A DNA stretch of 64,000 nt from Ginglymostoma cirratum (taxonomy: Eukaryota), in assembly GCA_024137785.1 (NCBI GenBank), contig JAHRHZ010000002.1, forward strand, positions 14,053,250 to 14,117,249, given 5' to 3'. A program made the position numbers and the translations under genes. Positions 26,020 through 40,776 of this stretch are shown here, one piece after another (the stretch's first letter is position 1; every line of letters begins with the position of its first letter). The notes under the pieces were generated by a model. It was given only the letters and a program-made list of their open reading frames with translations. It had not been told where the DNA came from and did not search any database.

Positions 26020-27240
26020 AATCAGATCATAGGTACTTTTGTAACACCACTGAACACAGACCTTCAGTCACAACCACAACCCTCCGCACATGTCCTCTAT
26101 CTTCTACGGACAATTCATCATGGGTTTCATGCTATTTTATCTTGCCAATCAGTCTTCGATGAGGGACCGTGTCAAATGCCTTAATACAGTCCGACATAAC
26201 ACTCACTGTGTTACACATATGAGTTATCTTCATCATTTTCTGACAAATCGAAATCAAGGTTATGAGACAAAACCTTTCTTGCGCAAAGTCATACTGACTA
26301 CTCATAATAAGCCAGTTCTTCCTCCAAATGAAATGAATCGTATCTGTAAAAATCTACTCCAATAAATTTTTCAATAAATTTTCACTGGCCTATAATTTCC
26401 AGGGTTATCCTTGCTGCCCTTCTTGAATACATGAGCAACATTGGCTATCTTCCATTTTTCTCAAAGCTCACCTGTGGCTAAGACCGATATGAAGAGCTCT
26501 ATCAAGGCCCCAACACCTTCTTCTTTTTCTCTGTTAGTATACTGGGTTAGATCCCAATACAACCTGAGGACTTACCTACCTCTTACAAGAGAATAAATAA
26601 CTCCTCCTTCTAAATATCGACACACCTTGGAGTATCAACAGACTCGCCTCTAAACCAAACTTCTTCCATGTCTATATCCTTGGTGAATGCTGATGTGAAA
26701 TACTCATTAAGGAGCTCACCCAATCACTTTGAGCCGACGCATCAATTTCCCCCTTTCTCCTTCATTAAGTCTACATTTTCCCTAGTAGCTGTACTGCTCC
26801 GAATGAACATGTGAAAATACCTTAGGATTCTCTTTAATCCTACTTACCAAGGACAATTCATAGTCCTTTCTAGCTCACTTAATTACGTTTTAAGATTATT
26901 TTCTTATCCTTTCATACTCCTCAAGAGCCTTGTTCGCTTTCTGTATCCTAATTTATACACATACATGGTTCCAGAATCTTGCTGTCCTTATCTTTCATGC
27001 TGACACCAGCATGCTGGTGCGGAACACTCTGCTCGACTGGCTTTTATGAGAATGCCAAATGTCAGATCTGGATTTGGCTTCAAATAGCTGCTTCAGTCCA
27101 TTTTATTCCGGGTCCTACCTAACAGAATTGGAATTAGCCTTCCCCCAGTTTAGCACTTTCACCGAGGAACCCTCGTATTTTTTTTTCCATAACGAAGTTA
27201 ACACTTATGTTTGGTATGTGTACATATGGAAAACCTTCCA
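26020..27240 (-). mobile_element. CR1 ORF2 continuation (split from 21910-22800 by the nested LINE)
   Basis: aacaccactgaacacagacc (GVPQG region), cactggcctataatttccagggttatccttgctgcccttcttgaa (FKKGSKDNPGNYRPV). Confidence 0.85.
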
Positions 27241-27299
27241 CGTTATCTGTCATGCCCGCTCATGATTTTGAAAATCTCAATCAGCTCTAATTTCAGGAA

Positions 27300-27700
27300 A
27301 CCTTTCTCAGGGAACAATCCCAACATCTCCAATGACACTACATAATTGATCTCACATTCTATGTTGTTAGTTATAAAGCAAACAAAAACCTATTATATGT
27401 TTTATTTACTGCTTTATGCACCTTTCTAAAAACTTCATTGATCTGTGAGCATATAAACTCCAGTCCCTCTGCTTCAGCACATGCTCTAGAATTCTATGGA
27501 TTAATTATTGATTTTTTAATTGTTCTTTCCAACAAATCACCTCACCTCGCACTTCTCTTCCTTTAAAGTCATCGTCCGTCTATTTGCCTACTGTACCGGC
27601 ATGATAATGTCCTTTTGGAGTTTGACAGTATCCTCCTCAAAGTTTACAGTTCTTCCAAATTTGCTGTAATGTAAAAACTTTGAAATTTACCCATGATCGC
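27300..27700 (-). mobile_element. Old CR1 fragment
   Basis: acctcacctcgcacttctc, ccaaatttgctgtaatgtaaaaactt parallel 30790-30930. Confidence 0.5.
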
Positions 27701-28579
27701 CAATGTACAACACTTCCTGGAAATGTTGAAAGTCAAAAAAGACTGCGAATGTCATTGCTAAAGAGATGGTATGTTTTGTTCACTGAATGGCATCTCATGT
27801 TAATAGTGCATTCAAGCACTCAAAATCGTTTATAATTACCTATGTCTTCATCTAGCACGTTTTCACCTGTAAATGGAGAAATAGCCTTTGGTAGTAAACA
27901 GTTAAATGGCAATTTTTTTCCTGTCCAGGGAACCATATTTTTTGCATAAAATTCAACAAACTTTCCTGTAAGAAAGTGAAAAATACATTTAAAAACTCAC
28001 TGTGAAATATAATTCAGCTCTAACATAACTGAAAAAGAAAGTTTTCATTTCTCGAGTGGCCCTGTGAACTGATATTTCATCAACTGCAAAGCACAACATC
28101 TTTTCTTCCACATCCTTACACGTAGGTTTACTTCCAAGATCTAAACATTTGTTGATTTTGTTTTGTTTCTTACAGCTGAAAGTTAGCTTATGTTATAATT
28201 GAGTAACTGACAGAAATTAAAATAATTTTAACTGGAACAGACAGTGTTTATTTATTAGTGTGCTAACCTTTTGCGTCAAGACGTTTGATCAGAGTTTCGA
28301 TTTCTGAAAAGGTAGAGTCTTTTTTGTAAATTTAGGAAGCTTCAACACACTGCATTTTCTCATTATTTCATTATATTGCATTTCATCTTCCAAACACGCA
28401 TAGCTTTGTTTGAAATTTCTTCGATTTGCCTTTGACTTGCAATAATTTATAGCGAATCCTGGAAAAGGGATGTTATAGAAATGCAAATGCGAAAGGCAAT
28501 ACAAATATCTCCCTATTTACCTATCCCTTTCACGTCTCTCTTGCTCTATCTTGGATCCATCACCAGCTATCAAAGCATC

Positions 28580-28785
28580 CTAGAATCATCGAATTGCTGC
28601 AGTGCGGCAGCATGCCATTTGACCGATCGAGTGTAGACCTACCTTCTGAAAAGCATCCCACCGTTCCATCCGCCCTGACATATCACTGTAACTCTGCATT
28701 TCCCATGGTTAATCAACCTACCCTATATATCCATGGATATTATAGGCAATTTAGCATGGGTCATCCACCTAACCTGCACACAACT
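28580..28785 (-). mobile_element. HE1/V-SINE-type 3' portion
   Basis: ggcaatttagcatgggtcatccacctaacctgcac is the reverse complement of 48100-48135; CR1-like tail tagaatcatcgaa. Confidence 0.75.
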
Positions 28786-28854
28786 TGAGTCTGGTCATCT
28801 CTCCCTCAACACCAAACCTCGTCTTCAGCATAAATATTACTTTTCCCATCTGCT

Positions 28855-28950
28855 GGCAGTTCTGATGAAACATCAACACTGCTTTCTTCCCACAGATGCT
28901 ACCTGTGCTGCTAAACTTAACCAGCAATTGCTGTTTTTGATTCAGAAAGC
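28855..28950 (+). mobile_element. Degenerate pLTR tail
   Basis: gttctgatgaaacatcaac...cacagatgctacctg (stem II deleted). Confidence 0.6.
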
Positions 28951-29249
28951 CGACCAGCTGCTTTATTTTATGTTAGCGTTTAACTCAGTACTAACTGTTT
29001 TTCAGTTGTGCAGATCTTGAACAATTTCTGGTCCACTGTTGGAATGGATTTCTGTTCTAACCTCCTTTTTTCTTGTTCTCGTTTTATTGTTGTTTTTCAT
29101 CCTAGTGTTTGGCAAACTGTTTGCCAGAACAATTTCCAACTGAAATATTATCCTTTGTGCGCCAAATCTACCCAAGGTATACATGATGTACAGCAGTCGT
29201 CAAACAATTATTTTAGCCGCAGCCTGAAACCCATACTCAATAATAAGCA

Positions 29250-30020
29250 TTACCATACGTATACTCTCGACATCTCTCTCTGTATCAACGCACATAACGC
29301 TGACTCAGAGCTCACAGTTGTTCGCCATTTCCACTTCACTCTCTGGATCGTTTGACATTACAAATATAAATCCTTTGATTTCCTATCAGGCATTAGAACT
29401 GCAAGCTCGAAAAACACAGAAATATCCACACCCTTCAAGAATGTCCCTCTCCTTCCATTCCCTGTAATAGTATCCATTTCCTGACACGGTCGCTTGCTAT
29501 CCTTCCTGAAATTCCGGTTCTTCACTGCTGAACAATTTGTACACAGCTAAGGTTTTAGTTTTATTCTTTTGCTTCCCCAAGTCAATGAATTTCGGGATAG
29601 ATACCACACTGTGAATTTACTCCATCATCTCCACCTCCATACCTCTTTATTTCCTGTCGTCATACCAGAGTTACCTTCACCCACCTCCAACACTTTTGCT
29701 GTAACTGGGCTTCTCCTCTGGCAATCCACCTGCACTCGATTTGTTAATTGAGAACTATCAACAGGCCAATTGTCTCTATCATTTATCTGCAGCACACCCC
29801 CTTACACAATAGAACTTATCAGTCTCTGAGCTGACTGTACTCTGTGCTGTGAGATCCAATCTTGACTTTATAATCAGGACTGCTCACAAGAATTGTACAC
29901 ATCCTTCTAACGTACTGGAATCTACATTATGGAGGATGACTGCTGAATTTGCGACACTATGTTTCATCTCCCTGGATCATGATCCGACGATGTGCATCAG
30001 GTAATTGACTCCAGGTAGAC
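29250..30020 (+). mobile_element. Old Penelope-like element, 5' part
   Basis: gctaaggttttagttttattc (KGLSF), aatcttgactttataatcaggactgctcacaag (degenerate IKPADK), LDHDPT at about 29971. Confidence 0.75.
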
Positions 30021-30031
30021 ATTAACCTCAT

Positions 30032-33029
30032 AGAACATAGAACATTACAGCGCAGTACAGGCCCTTCGGCCCTCGATGTTGCGCCGACCTGTGAAACCAA
30101 TCTGAAGCCCACCTAACCTACACTATTACATTATCATCCAATACGTTTATCCAATGACCATTTAAATGCCCTTAAATTTGGCGAGTCTACTATTGTTGCA
30201 GGCAGGGAATTCCACGCCTTTACTACTCTCTGAGTAAAGAACCTACCTCTGATATCTGCCCTATATCTATCACCATCAATTTAAAGTTGTGTCCCCTCGT
30301 GCTAGCCATCACCATCCGAGGAAAAAGGCTCTCACTGTCCACCCTATCTAATACTCTGATCATCTTGTATGTCTCTATTAAGTTACCTCTTAACCTTCTT
30401 CTCTCTAACGAAAACAGCCTCAAATCCCTCAGCCTTTCCTCATAAGATGTTCCCTCCATACCAGGCAACATCCTGGTAAATCTCCACTGCACCCTTTCCA
30501 ATGCTTTCACATCCTTCATATAATGTGGCGACCAGAACTGTATGCAATACTCCAAGTGCGGCCGGACCAGAGTTTTGTACAGCTGCAACATGACCTCATG
30601 GCTCCGAAATTCAATCCCTCTACCGATAAAATGTAACACACCGTACATCTTCCTAAGAAACCTATCAACCTGGGCGGCAACGTTCAGGGATCTATGCACA
30701 TGGACACTGAGAACTGTCTGCTCATCCACACTACCAAGTATCTTACCATTAGCCCTGTACTCTGTCTTCCTGTCACTCCTTCCAAAGTGAATCACCTCAC
30801 ACTTTTCCGCATTAAACTCCAGTTGCCACCTCTCAGCCCAGCTCAAGCTTATCTATGTCCCTCTGTAACCAGCAACATCCTTCCCCACTATCCACAACTC
30901 CACCGACTTTAGTGTCATCCGCAAATTTACTAACCAATCCTTCTACGCCCTCATCCAGGTCATTTATAATAATGACAAACAGCAGTGGCCCCAAAACAGA
31001 TCCTTGCGGTACACCACTAGTAACTGAACTCCAGGATGAACATTTCCCATCAAACATCACCCTCTGTCTTCTTATAGCTAGCCAATTTCTGATTCAAACC
31101 ACTAAATCACCCTTAATCCCATGCCTCCAAATTTTCTGCAATATCCTACCATGGGGAACCTTATCAAACGTTTTACTGAAATCCATATACACCACATCAA
31201 CTGCTTTGCCCTCATCTACCTGTTTGGTCACCTTCTCAAAGAACTCAATAAGGTTTGTGAGGCACGACCTATCCTTCACAAAACCGTGTTGCCTATCCCT
31301 AACCAAATTATCCCTTTCTAGATGATTATAAATCCTATCTCTTATAATCCTTTCCAACACTTTACCAATAACCGAAGTAAGGCTCACTGGTCTATAATTA
31401 CCAGGGCTGTCTCTACTCCCCTTCTTGAACAAGGGGACAACATTTGCTATTCTCCAGTCTTCTGGCACTATTCCTGTAGACAATGACGACATAAAGATCA
31501 AAGCCAAAGGCTCTGCAATCTCATCCCTGGCTTCCCAGAGAATCCTAGGATAAATCCCATCTGCCCAGGGGACTTATCTATTTTCACAGTTTCCAGAATT
31601 ACTAACACCTCCTCCTTATGAACCTCAATCCCGTCTAGTCTAATAGCCTGTATCTCAGTATTCTCCTCGACAACATTGTCTTTTTCATGTGTGAATACTG
31701 ACAAAAAATATTCATTTAGCGCCTCTCCTATCTCTTCGGCCTCCACGCACAACTTCCCACTACTGTCCTTGACTGGCCCTAATATTACTCTAGTCATTCT
31801 TTTATTCCTGACATACCTATAGAAAGCTTTAGGGTTTTCCTTGATCCTACCTGCCAAAGACTTCTCATGTCCCCTCCTGGCTCTTCTTAGCTCTCTCTTT
31901 AGATCCTTCCTGGCTAACTTGTAAAACTCGAGCGCCCTAACTGAGCCTTCACGCCTCATCTTTACGGAAGCCTCCTTCTTCCTTTTGACAAGAGATTCAA
32001 CTTCTTTAGTAAACCATGGTTCCCTCGCTCGACCACTTCCTCCCTGCCTGACAGACACATACTTATCAAGGACACGCAGTCGCTGTTCATTGATCAAGCT
32101 CCACATTTCAATTGTGCCCAGCCCCTGCAGTTTCTTTCCCCATCCTATGCATCCTAAATCTTGCCTAATCACCTCATAATTGCCTTTCCCCCAGCTATAA
32201 TTCTTGCCCTGCAGTGTTTACCTATCCCTTTCCATCACTAAATTAAATGTAACTGAATTGTGGTCGCTATCGCCGGAGTGTTAACCTACCTCTAATTCTA
32301 ACACCTGGCCTGGTTCATTACCCAATACCAAATCCAATGTTGCCTCGCATCTTGTTGGCCTATCTACATACTGTGTCAGGAAACCCTCCTGCACACATTG
32401 GACAAAAACTGACCCATCTAAAGTACTAGAACTATAGCGTTTCCAGTCAATATTAGGAAAGTTAAAGACCCCATAACAACTACACTGTTACTTTCGCTCC
32501 TATCCAGAATCATCTTTGCAATCCTTTCCTCTACATCTCTGGAACTTTTCGGAGGCCTGTAGAAAACTCCCAACAGGGCGACCTCTCCTTTCCTGTTTCT
32601 AACCTCAGCCCATACTACCTCAGTAGACGAGTCCTCATCAAACGTCCTTTCTGCCACTGTAATACTGTCCTTGACTAACCATGCCACACCTCCCCCTCTT
32701 TTACCACCTTCCCTGATCTTACCGAAACATCTAAATCCCGAACCTGCAACAACCATTCCTGTCCCTGCTCTATCCATGTCTCCGAAATGGCCACAACATC
32801 GAAGTCCCAGGTACCAAGCCGTGCTGCAAGTTCACCCACCTAATTCCGGATACTCCTGGCGTTGAAGTAGACACACTTCAAACCACCTTCCTGCCTGCCG
32901 GTACACTCCTGTGACCTTGAAACCTTATTCATGACCTCACTACTCTCAAGCTCCTGTTCACTGGAGCTACAATTCAGGTTCCCAACACCCTGCTGAATTA
33001 GTTTAAACCCTCCCAAAGAGCATTATCAA
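30032..33029 (-). mobile_element. Young 5'-truncated CR1 LINE (nearly complete ORF2: APE endonuclease plus RT) with 11-bp TSD
   Basis: ORFs 32418..32777, 31498..32172, 31094..31507, 30833..31060 ([15 protein letters not shown]), 30223..30846; (tagaaca)n tail; attaacctcat at 30021-30031 and 33030-33040. Confidence 0.97.
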
Positions 33030-33680
33030 ATTAACCTCATCACATTTCCGATCTCCCCACAACAGTCTTCAAGTTGTAGGCCCTCAAACAATTACAGCCC
33101 ACTTCTAATTTGTCACCAAAACCCACCAAAAATGACTACACAGGCGGACTAATTGTTTTGGCCTGTTCCTCTCCCACTAAATTTAACTCATAACTTGTCT
33201 CCATTTTTGTCTCCCATTGTCCACTTCCTTCTCACTTACATCCATGATTCTTCTCGTGCTTTACGTCACGTTCAGAACTACCAAATCATGGCCAGCAGTC
33301 ACTTTCTCTGCACCATGGACGTTCAATCCCTTTCCACATCTTTCTCCCAACCTGATGCTTTCAGGGTGCTCTACTGCTTCCAGTAAAGGAAAGCTCAATG
33401 ATTCCCATCCACCTCCGCTCTCCTCCACCTGCTAGATTTCGTCCTCAGTTTGAACAACCCGTCCTTTAACTTCTCTGAATTTTTTCAGCTTAAAGGATAT
33501 ATTTCACGAGTATTTGCAGTGACCCCAGGTGGACTACATTTCTAGCGCCAATCGTTCTCTGGATCCTTCCCACAACCCCTGATCTTCTATATCGATGGCG
33601 TCATCATTAACGCTGATATTTTTCCCCCACAGATGCTGGTAGACCTAATAAGTTTAATAGCAATTCGTTTTTGTTTGGAA
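33030..33680 (+). mobile_element. Old Penelope-like element, RT part (continuation of 29250-30020)
   Basis: ORF 33153..33386 FLCTMDVQSLSTS (PLE RT MDVxSLYT); tatatcgatggc (YIDG, from YIDD) at about 33588; pLTR tail 33620-33680. Confidence 0.85.
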
Positions 33681-35880
33681 CACAAATGTATCTTCATTAC
33701 ATGTTTTTCTAGCACACATAAATAGTAGTGGTAGCATTAAACAAAACATCCTGACTCTTGAGCAAGAATAGTTAAGTGCAAGTTATTTTTTCTGAAGTGC
33801 AGTTGCATGAACATTCAAATGTACATTGCATCTTTTTGATATTTCCTCCTTGTGCTATACGCTGTATTAGAGTTGGGAATCATAAAACGTGGTAGTGAAA
33901 TCTTTGGTTGGTATTTAATCCTGACCTGTGAAATGAATTGCGTTTAATTTGAATGGTCTAAGTAAAAGTCTTGTAATGATAACATCCTGGCAAATGTATT
34001 GAACGTTGTTTCGAACGTATTACTCAATAAAACATATCTGGGGATTGTTGTGACGAAATAACAATCCTGATTTGATTCATCACTTGACGTCTATAGATGG
34101 GAGATAATGAATTGAGTACGGCCTGCCGATTCATTATTGACTTTTTGTTCTACAATGTTAAAAAAAAGTTAGTTTTTCATTTACTTTGTTAAAACATTTG
34201 CGATTGGAGGCATAAGGAATGTAGCGAAGGAAATTGTGGTGTTGTATAGTCAGAGAAGGCCTATATTATGGCATGCTCATAGAACAAACCAGTGACCTAG
34301 ATAGTACAATAACTTTATGAGCATTTTGATAGTAATAAAAGTTTAGGCTGTCTTGAACCAAAACACTTCAGTTTAAAGAGATTAAAGGCGGTAATGCCCA
34401 AAATCCAAAATTGGGTCGGTAGATTATTTTGAGTGACATGAGAATGCACACGCGACTTAAGAAACTAAAGGCATGATGTTCATCAAGAATATTTTGTTCG
34501 TCATTCGGAGATTACCAACAGGTTGCCATTTTGAGAGCGATTATTAGATTTGTGGCGAATTTTGGCATTAATGAGTACTTGAATAGTTTGGCCAAACAAA
34601 AATACAGAAATTAAAACAATCCATAATATCTTACGTGTATTTTTTTCAAACAGGTCTGTTTCTGTAAGAGAACATTATCCCATTAAAATACTCGTCTGTT
34701 TGGACAATTTTGAAAAACTCAGTAATTCCCGTGCACACACGAACTGCGATTGTTCCTGGCCTTTAAGGTCTACGTTTCCTTCCTGTATCACTTCCCATAC
34801 TGTTGTGGGACTGTGCAAGGTACGCCGAGGCGTCTAAACATTTCTGCTTTTTGGAGCAATGATCTTACGACTGAACCTACTATCTGCTACTTAGTCAGCA
34901 ATTATTTTGCGTTGGAATCTGTCTTGGTAAATGTTAATTCTTTACAGAAAATGGATTTAGCTACCAATTACAATTAATTAAAGGTGCTATGCAAATCAGT
35001 AAAAATATACTCCTTTAATGAAACTGGTCGTCCAGAGACCCTATTATGAAATATTTCGTTGCCTAATTTTGCTTTTATAATCACATAAAGTGTTTTGGTA
35101 TGACACATACCATGCAAATATTATTCACACATTATTCTTCTTCATTTAGTGACTTACAACAGTCCTTTCAATGTGCCTGTATTTAAAATCCTGCCTGACC
35201 CCACTTACAGCTGAGCAGCTAACTATTCCACTTGGATAACAGTGAATCAAGCGTAAGTTGTGAGGGAAAGGAAATGTCCTCTTTGTTGCGCAACAACGTC
35301 AATAAAAACACGATTGCATGCTGTTTGTGTCATTTTGAAAGGACACTTTAAAAAATTGCTCATTTGATAAGTTCGGGTACTGCAAACACAGAATATTGAA
35401 AAATACTTATTGAAAGTGTAGAACGGTATCAAATATTTCGAAGCTGCCATAATATTGTTTTAGACAGTAAGTGATTGTCAACTGTGAGGCACGAATATCT
35501 TTGTATGTACCACAGTAAGATAGACAGTGAGATCCACAAGTGTTGGTATTATTTCTTTGCAAAACTGAAATATACATATGTTTGCTTCGAAGATTTGTGT
35601 TTTAATGCATTAATATGTAACAACGGGAATTATGAGTAAGTACGAATTAGAGGAGCTATTGTTATAAAAGGCTTAAGAGAGCCACAATTATGTGCTTCTA
35701 AATGGTTATTGTCACCCAGAAGTACACAAATAGCACTACAATTTTCGAGTATAGTCTTTTTTTACATATCTGATGGCATTAAAATACTTAAAAATAACTT
35801 GCGTTTAATGTTCTTTTAAAAAAGAAAAAAATCTGAATTTCAACTGGTCATATTAGTCTGTGCAAAAAAAGAGTTTTTGG

Positions 35881-36120
35881 TAAAACACAGTGTGGAGCTG
35901 GAGGAACACAGCAGGCCACGAGGCATCAGAGGAGCCGGAATGCTGACGTTTCGGGTCCGGACCCTTCTCTAGAAATGCTTCAGAATTCCATTTCTGAAGA
36001 AGGGTTCCGAGCCAAAACGTCAGCATTCCTGCTCCTCTAATGCTGCCTGGCCTGCTGTGCTCCTCCAGCTCCACACTGTGTTATCTCAGACTCCAGCATC
36101 CGCAGTTCTTACTATCTCTG
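35881..36120. mobile_element. Head-to-head palindromic pLTR insertion
   Basis: Inverted arms about 35881-35977 and 35989-36085, 11-nt spacer; flanks aaagagtttt at 35868-35877 and 36121-36130. Confidence 0.9.
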
Positions 36121-39100
36121 AAAGAGTTTTGATGGTATGATGGAAGTTTCTACAGTAGTCCTGAAGGTCTGAAATAATGTTCCAAATCCAATATGGTGAC
36201 TTTATTTTTGGCACTTTAACTTCACTTACTCAGTCATTTTTCTGAATTACACGATATGGAAATGGATAAAGATTGAATATTTACATTGGGGAGGAATATG
36301 TGTGGCTTTGCCACATAACGTAACACTGTGTTGCTCGTCCATCCAATTCCCACTTTAACCCATTTGCAGGTAATTATATTAGGTTTTGTAAAGTATCAGT
36401 TAGCCTGTCCACTCTAAAATGCCTATACTTCTCTAGAGCAATGAGGATCAATTAAGATTTTGGCTCCACCCAGGCACAATAATACATCCAGCGGATGGAG
36501 ACAGGAGAAAATAAATCTGCCCACTATTTTCTATTCTGACGCGAAATGTCTAGAGAAGGAAGTGACTCATAATTCTGGATAATCTGTGCCAAATGGAGGG
36601 CCCAAAATCAAGCTGTGACACCCGACTCTATCCTATGCTTGTTTCACTCAAAGCGGCTTTCCTTCCTTTTATCTTAGGTTTCACACTATTCCAACCTCAG
36701 AAGGTGGTGAAAAATCACTCAATGTAATTAAAATGCCTACCGTGGCAAAAGTAACTGCAAAAAGGGGACACAATCTCAGCACCAGGATGTCTTTGCTTAG
36801 CATAGAGATTAATTTAGAGCCTACAGCTCCTGCAGAGCACCGAGGATGTCGCAACCTCTGAGCCGAGTTCAAGTACCGATGATTTTGGAGATGTGCAGGT
36901 TGATTGCAAGTGAAAATGTGCCTGTGTTGTATTTCGTTTTGCAATATGTGGCCTAGTGCTTCATTATTGGGTGCAGTTTAAGAAAAAATGAGGTACATCT
37001 CTGATAGAATCACAGGATACTTGTAGCTAGGTGTAAATTATAGCTGGAACACAGGATAAGACATCAAAGTGCTAAATGACACAGTAGGCTGGACACACCA
37101 TTTGATAAACCTTTGCAAATTTTTCAGGTAATGTATTTTTCGTATCCAGACTAGCACGCGTAATGATGTGACGCTGAGGATTTATGAGATAAATGTAGCA
37201 TAACTAAGAGTTGCAGTTTTTGTTTAGTATTTACTTCAAACGTGTGCTTTTTTCAATGAAAACGATAGGGTCAGCAGAGATGAGAATTTACACATAGTGG
37301 ACAAAGAGACAGAAAATTGGTTCATAGCAGTATAGAACTGCATGAATTCAATAGACCCCAATTGGTGAATCCTTGTTTGATAAGTGAGACTTGAATAGCA
37401 ACATTTTGAAAATAACTTTTGGACATTTGAGCGGTGAAAAAAAAAGGTTTTATAGAGATGCAAGTTACACCACTTTTTCACAACTTGATCGAGGAGGCAC
37501 CTTGAGAAATATATTTTCACTAACTTCAATTATTCAGTTTTAATTTCAGTTATTGACAAGAGTCTGTTAAATTAGCGTAACATATCTTTTTCTGTTTTGA
37601 GACGTGACAGAATAAGAGAGAGCTACCAGTGCGTAACTCAGATGGAAAAAATTACATCGATATCATCAATCAAATAGTAGTAAGGTTTCAGATTATTTTT
37701 AAAGCTCCATATGAACAGATATTAATCTCCTTGCTACGTAACCCAGAAATGTTGATAATCGAATAAAAAATATTCTCATTAAACTGAGTGGCCATGGGAG
37801 GAAAATGAAGACCACTGTGAATTTCTTTTTCTCTTTCTCTTTCTCTTTCTTGGAGAGATGCTTTCAGTGTGATGATCCAAAGTTTAGAATCATGGTAGTT
37901 TCTATCACTTCTTAGGCATGGATGGAAACGTAAAATCACGCATTTAAAGTGTTTTGACAAAGAAAGTAGGCATTCAACTGAAAAGTTCACAATAAAGCGT
38001 CAAAATTCAGGACGATATTGGCAGGCTACGAAAAGAGCAGACATATTCCATTTGCAATATATTGTAATCAATCTACCTTCTATTACAATAAAAAGACATT
38101 GAAAGGTGTATGATATTATTCGTTAGTATTTTGAATATGTCCAAATTGTTTGGGAATGAGATAAATAAAGTTCAGGCAATTATTTTTCTTGAGGAAATGT
38201 GGGAGTTTTAAAAAAAGCAAGTCGATCTTTCTCCCCACTACTTTCTAAGCATTATGGCTGTCTCTCGCGAAACAAAAAGTTAGTTCTTTGGATCAAATAT
38301 GACTTCAATGTTACGTTAATATGAAATCCAGGATGGAGCAATTAATCTCTTGCCGGATGCTAATTTTCAGGATTAAAAGTTAAGCGTGTTGTTTTGATAA
38401 AATTGTCAATGAGAATAATTAGAATGAGAGGTAATCTTAGTGAAACATGGAATAATCTGGAAATTTGTGGATTCTTCATTCTCTGTGATGAGACAGGAAA
38501 TGAGGGCACAATTTCAAGAAGTCACTTGTTTATATTGGACGTAGGAACGATTTATTTCTCCAATGTCTCCAGAATTAAACACAGGCAATAAAATCTCTCG
38601 ATTGATATCTAACGCTTATACCTTCAACTCATGAGTCAGTAGGCCTCTACTTCAAACAACAATGAAAAGAAACACTGATTGTGGCGATTGTGTAAAGTGT
38701 GCTGTACGTTATGTTTTACTATGAACTGTATCACTTCTGTATTCCCAATAGTAATACAGCTATTTTATATCCTAAAAGAAATAAATGCTGGACTGGACTG
38801 TATTAACTATCGGTATGATCAAAACAGAGAATGTGCATGGAAGACACCATGCTCACCAACATAGAAGTTGCTCACATGTCTCCAACACAAATTTATATCA
38901 TTGATGAGCGATTAAAATTTTGTTCCTCATTGAGGATACTTTCTTTCAGATGGGTGGATTGTCAATGAACAAACCAGTAGATGTTGAACTAGTGTAGGAT
39001 TCAAGACATGCTGTGTGTCATTGTATACAACAGCTTCTTATACTATCGTGAGGCCTAATGTCAATGCCCAGTATGTCTTTGAGAATCCATCGTGCCAAAG

Positions 39101-40776
39101 ACGATACACTGAAACACGTACCAGCAGATGAAGGCAAAAAAAAAAAATAGATTGCTGTTCCAAACTCAGGGCGGAATGCAGGAGAGTCAATGGAAGCAGA
39201 GCTCAGCAATCACATAAATAACATATCCAAATCAAGCTCTGTAGTTTTGCCTGATCAAAACTGTTAATAACTACTTAAAAGTTTCAGAGGTGAGCAGCTT
39301 CCAGAAACATCCCACCTTTTGTGTGGGGCAATCTATGTATATGCACACAAAATAATATGCTGATTTGAGTAGCGACCTTCTTCCAGAGTGCTTAGTGTTT
39401 CATTCACCCTAGTCCCCCCTTGAGATTTCCACAATTAATAATGACATTTGTTTGCAAAATTAGTTCCTTGAGTTGATATGAACAAACGGCTGAAAACAAT
39501 TGATAATGCGAACTTTAATTGTTGTGAAAAGGTTTCCACAATAGTACTGTGAGGATATGCTCCAGAATTTTCTGCTTACATAGCCAAGAAATGTCTGCAA
39601 AGATTAAAACAATTTCTGCAAAGATACAACCTTAAAACCTCTTCTGCATTGGGTAAAATAGTCCGACCATGTACTGTTTCCAAAACAAAAACAGGCGGAA
39701 TTCAATATGACTAATTACTGGTACACCAATCTATTGTAGATTGTCAGCAAAGGGGAGGAGATCTGTGCCCGGCTGATGGAATGTATCATCTGTGACTAAT
39801 TTTACAAAATATATTCCACAGCTCTCTGAGACTTCCTTCGCAGCACGTCACAAATATGTAACGTGTGCTACCTAATAAGAAAAGAAAGGCCACAAATGCC
39901 GAAGAGTCTTACTGAATAGAAGTTATATTCCAAGCCATACAGCATACTGAAATTGATCTGGAAATAATTTACTACATTATGACGTGAAATACTTGGAAAT
40001 TTATTTTCACTTTAATCAGCGCTGTAGCTGTGTTTCCTCCAAAACCAACCATTTCTTTATAAGCCAAACACAGCAGTTAAAATGGGTCAAGAAAATAGCT
40101 GACTACTTATGCCGCCAGGGCAATTCAGAACGAGCAACAACTGTTGGCTGAGGCATTGACACCTGTATCTGATGAATATTTTGTTATTTTTGTAATAAAG
40201 TTATTGACCAGAATGAATACACTAATGAGCACTTATTGTGAAATAGACTTTTCTTGCAGGAGGTGACGACACGTATATAATAATTTTAAGTTGCTTAAAT
40301 TGATAAATCAAAAGCAGTAATAGAAGCTGTATGCATTGCATGGAGGAAACAGAATGAATGCGTTTTTATTTTGAAGAAACGTCTCCTGACAATGTATTGG
40401 ATTTTACTGGACATGAGAGACATAATTACCAACGAAATGTATCAGTTAACATGAAAATCCATGAGTACTTGAAGAACGTATACCTTTTGGAAGAAGTGGA
40501 TAGTTCTTCTGATTGTGACTTATTGGGCTGCAACCTTGAGACCCATCAAATACATCGTGTGCGCATGTCTGTAGTAACTGAAATATGTTATCTGTGAAAG
40601 TAACATCTCACTGTTCATCGAGGTTTGGATTTGATTACATGGAAATTTCTTGATGCAGTCGTCCTGGCAAAGAAGCATGCTTCATACTTTTCACAAAGTT
40701 TAAGAGAATAGCTACCAGGTTGATTGCAAGACAAATCACAACTCGGCTAATGAAGACAACAATTATACTCTATTTT

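Noticed and set aside
27004-27019. 16-bp perfect palindrome caccagcatgctggtg
   Set aside because: Isolated, inside a decayed CR1; one such palindrome is plausible by chance in 64 kb
30542-31325. Plus-strand ORFs 30542..30790 and 30855..31325
   Set aside because: Antisense shadows of CR1 RT, not genes
34653-34830. Acceptor-like site followed by an open frame (SVSVREHYPIK...)
   Set aside because: Peptide not recognised and no supporting neighbouring exons
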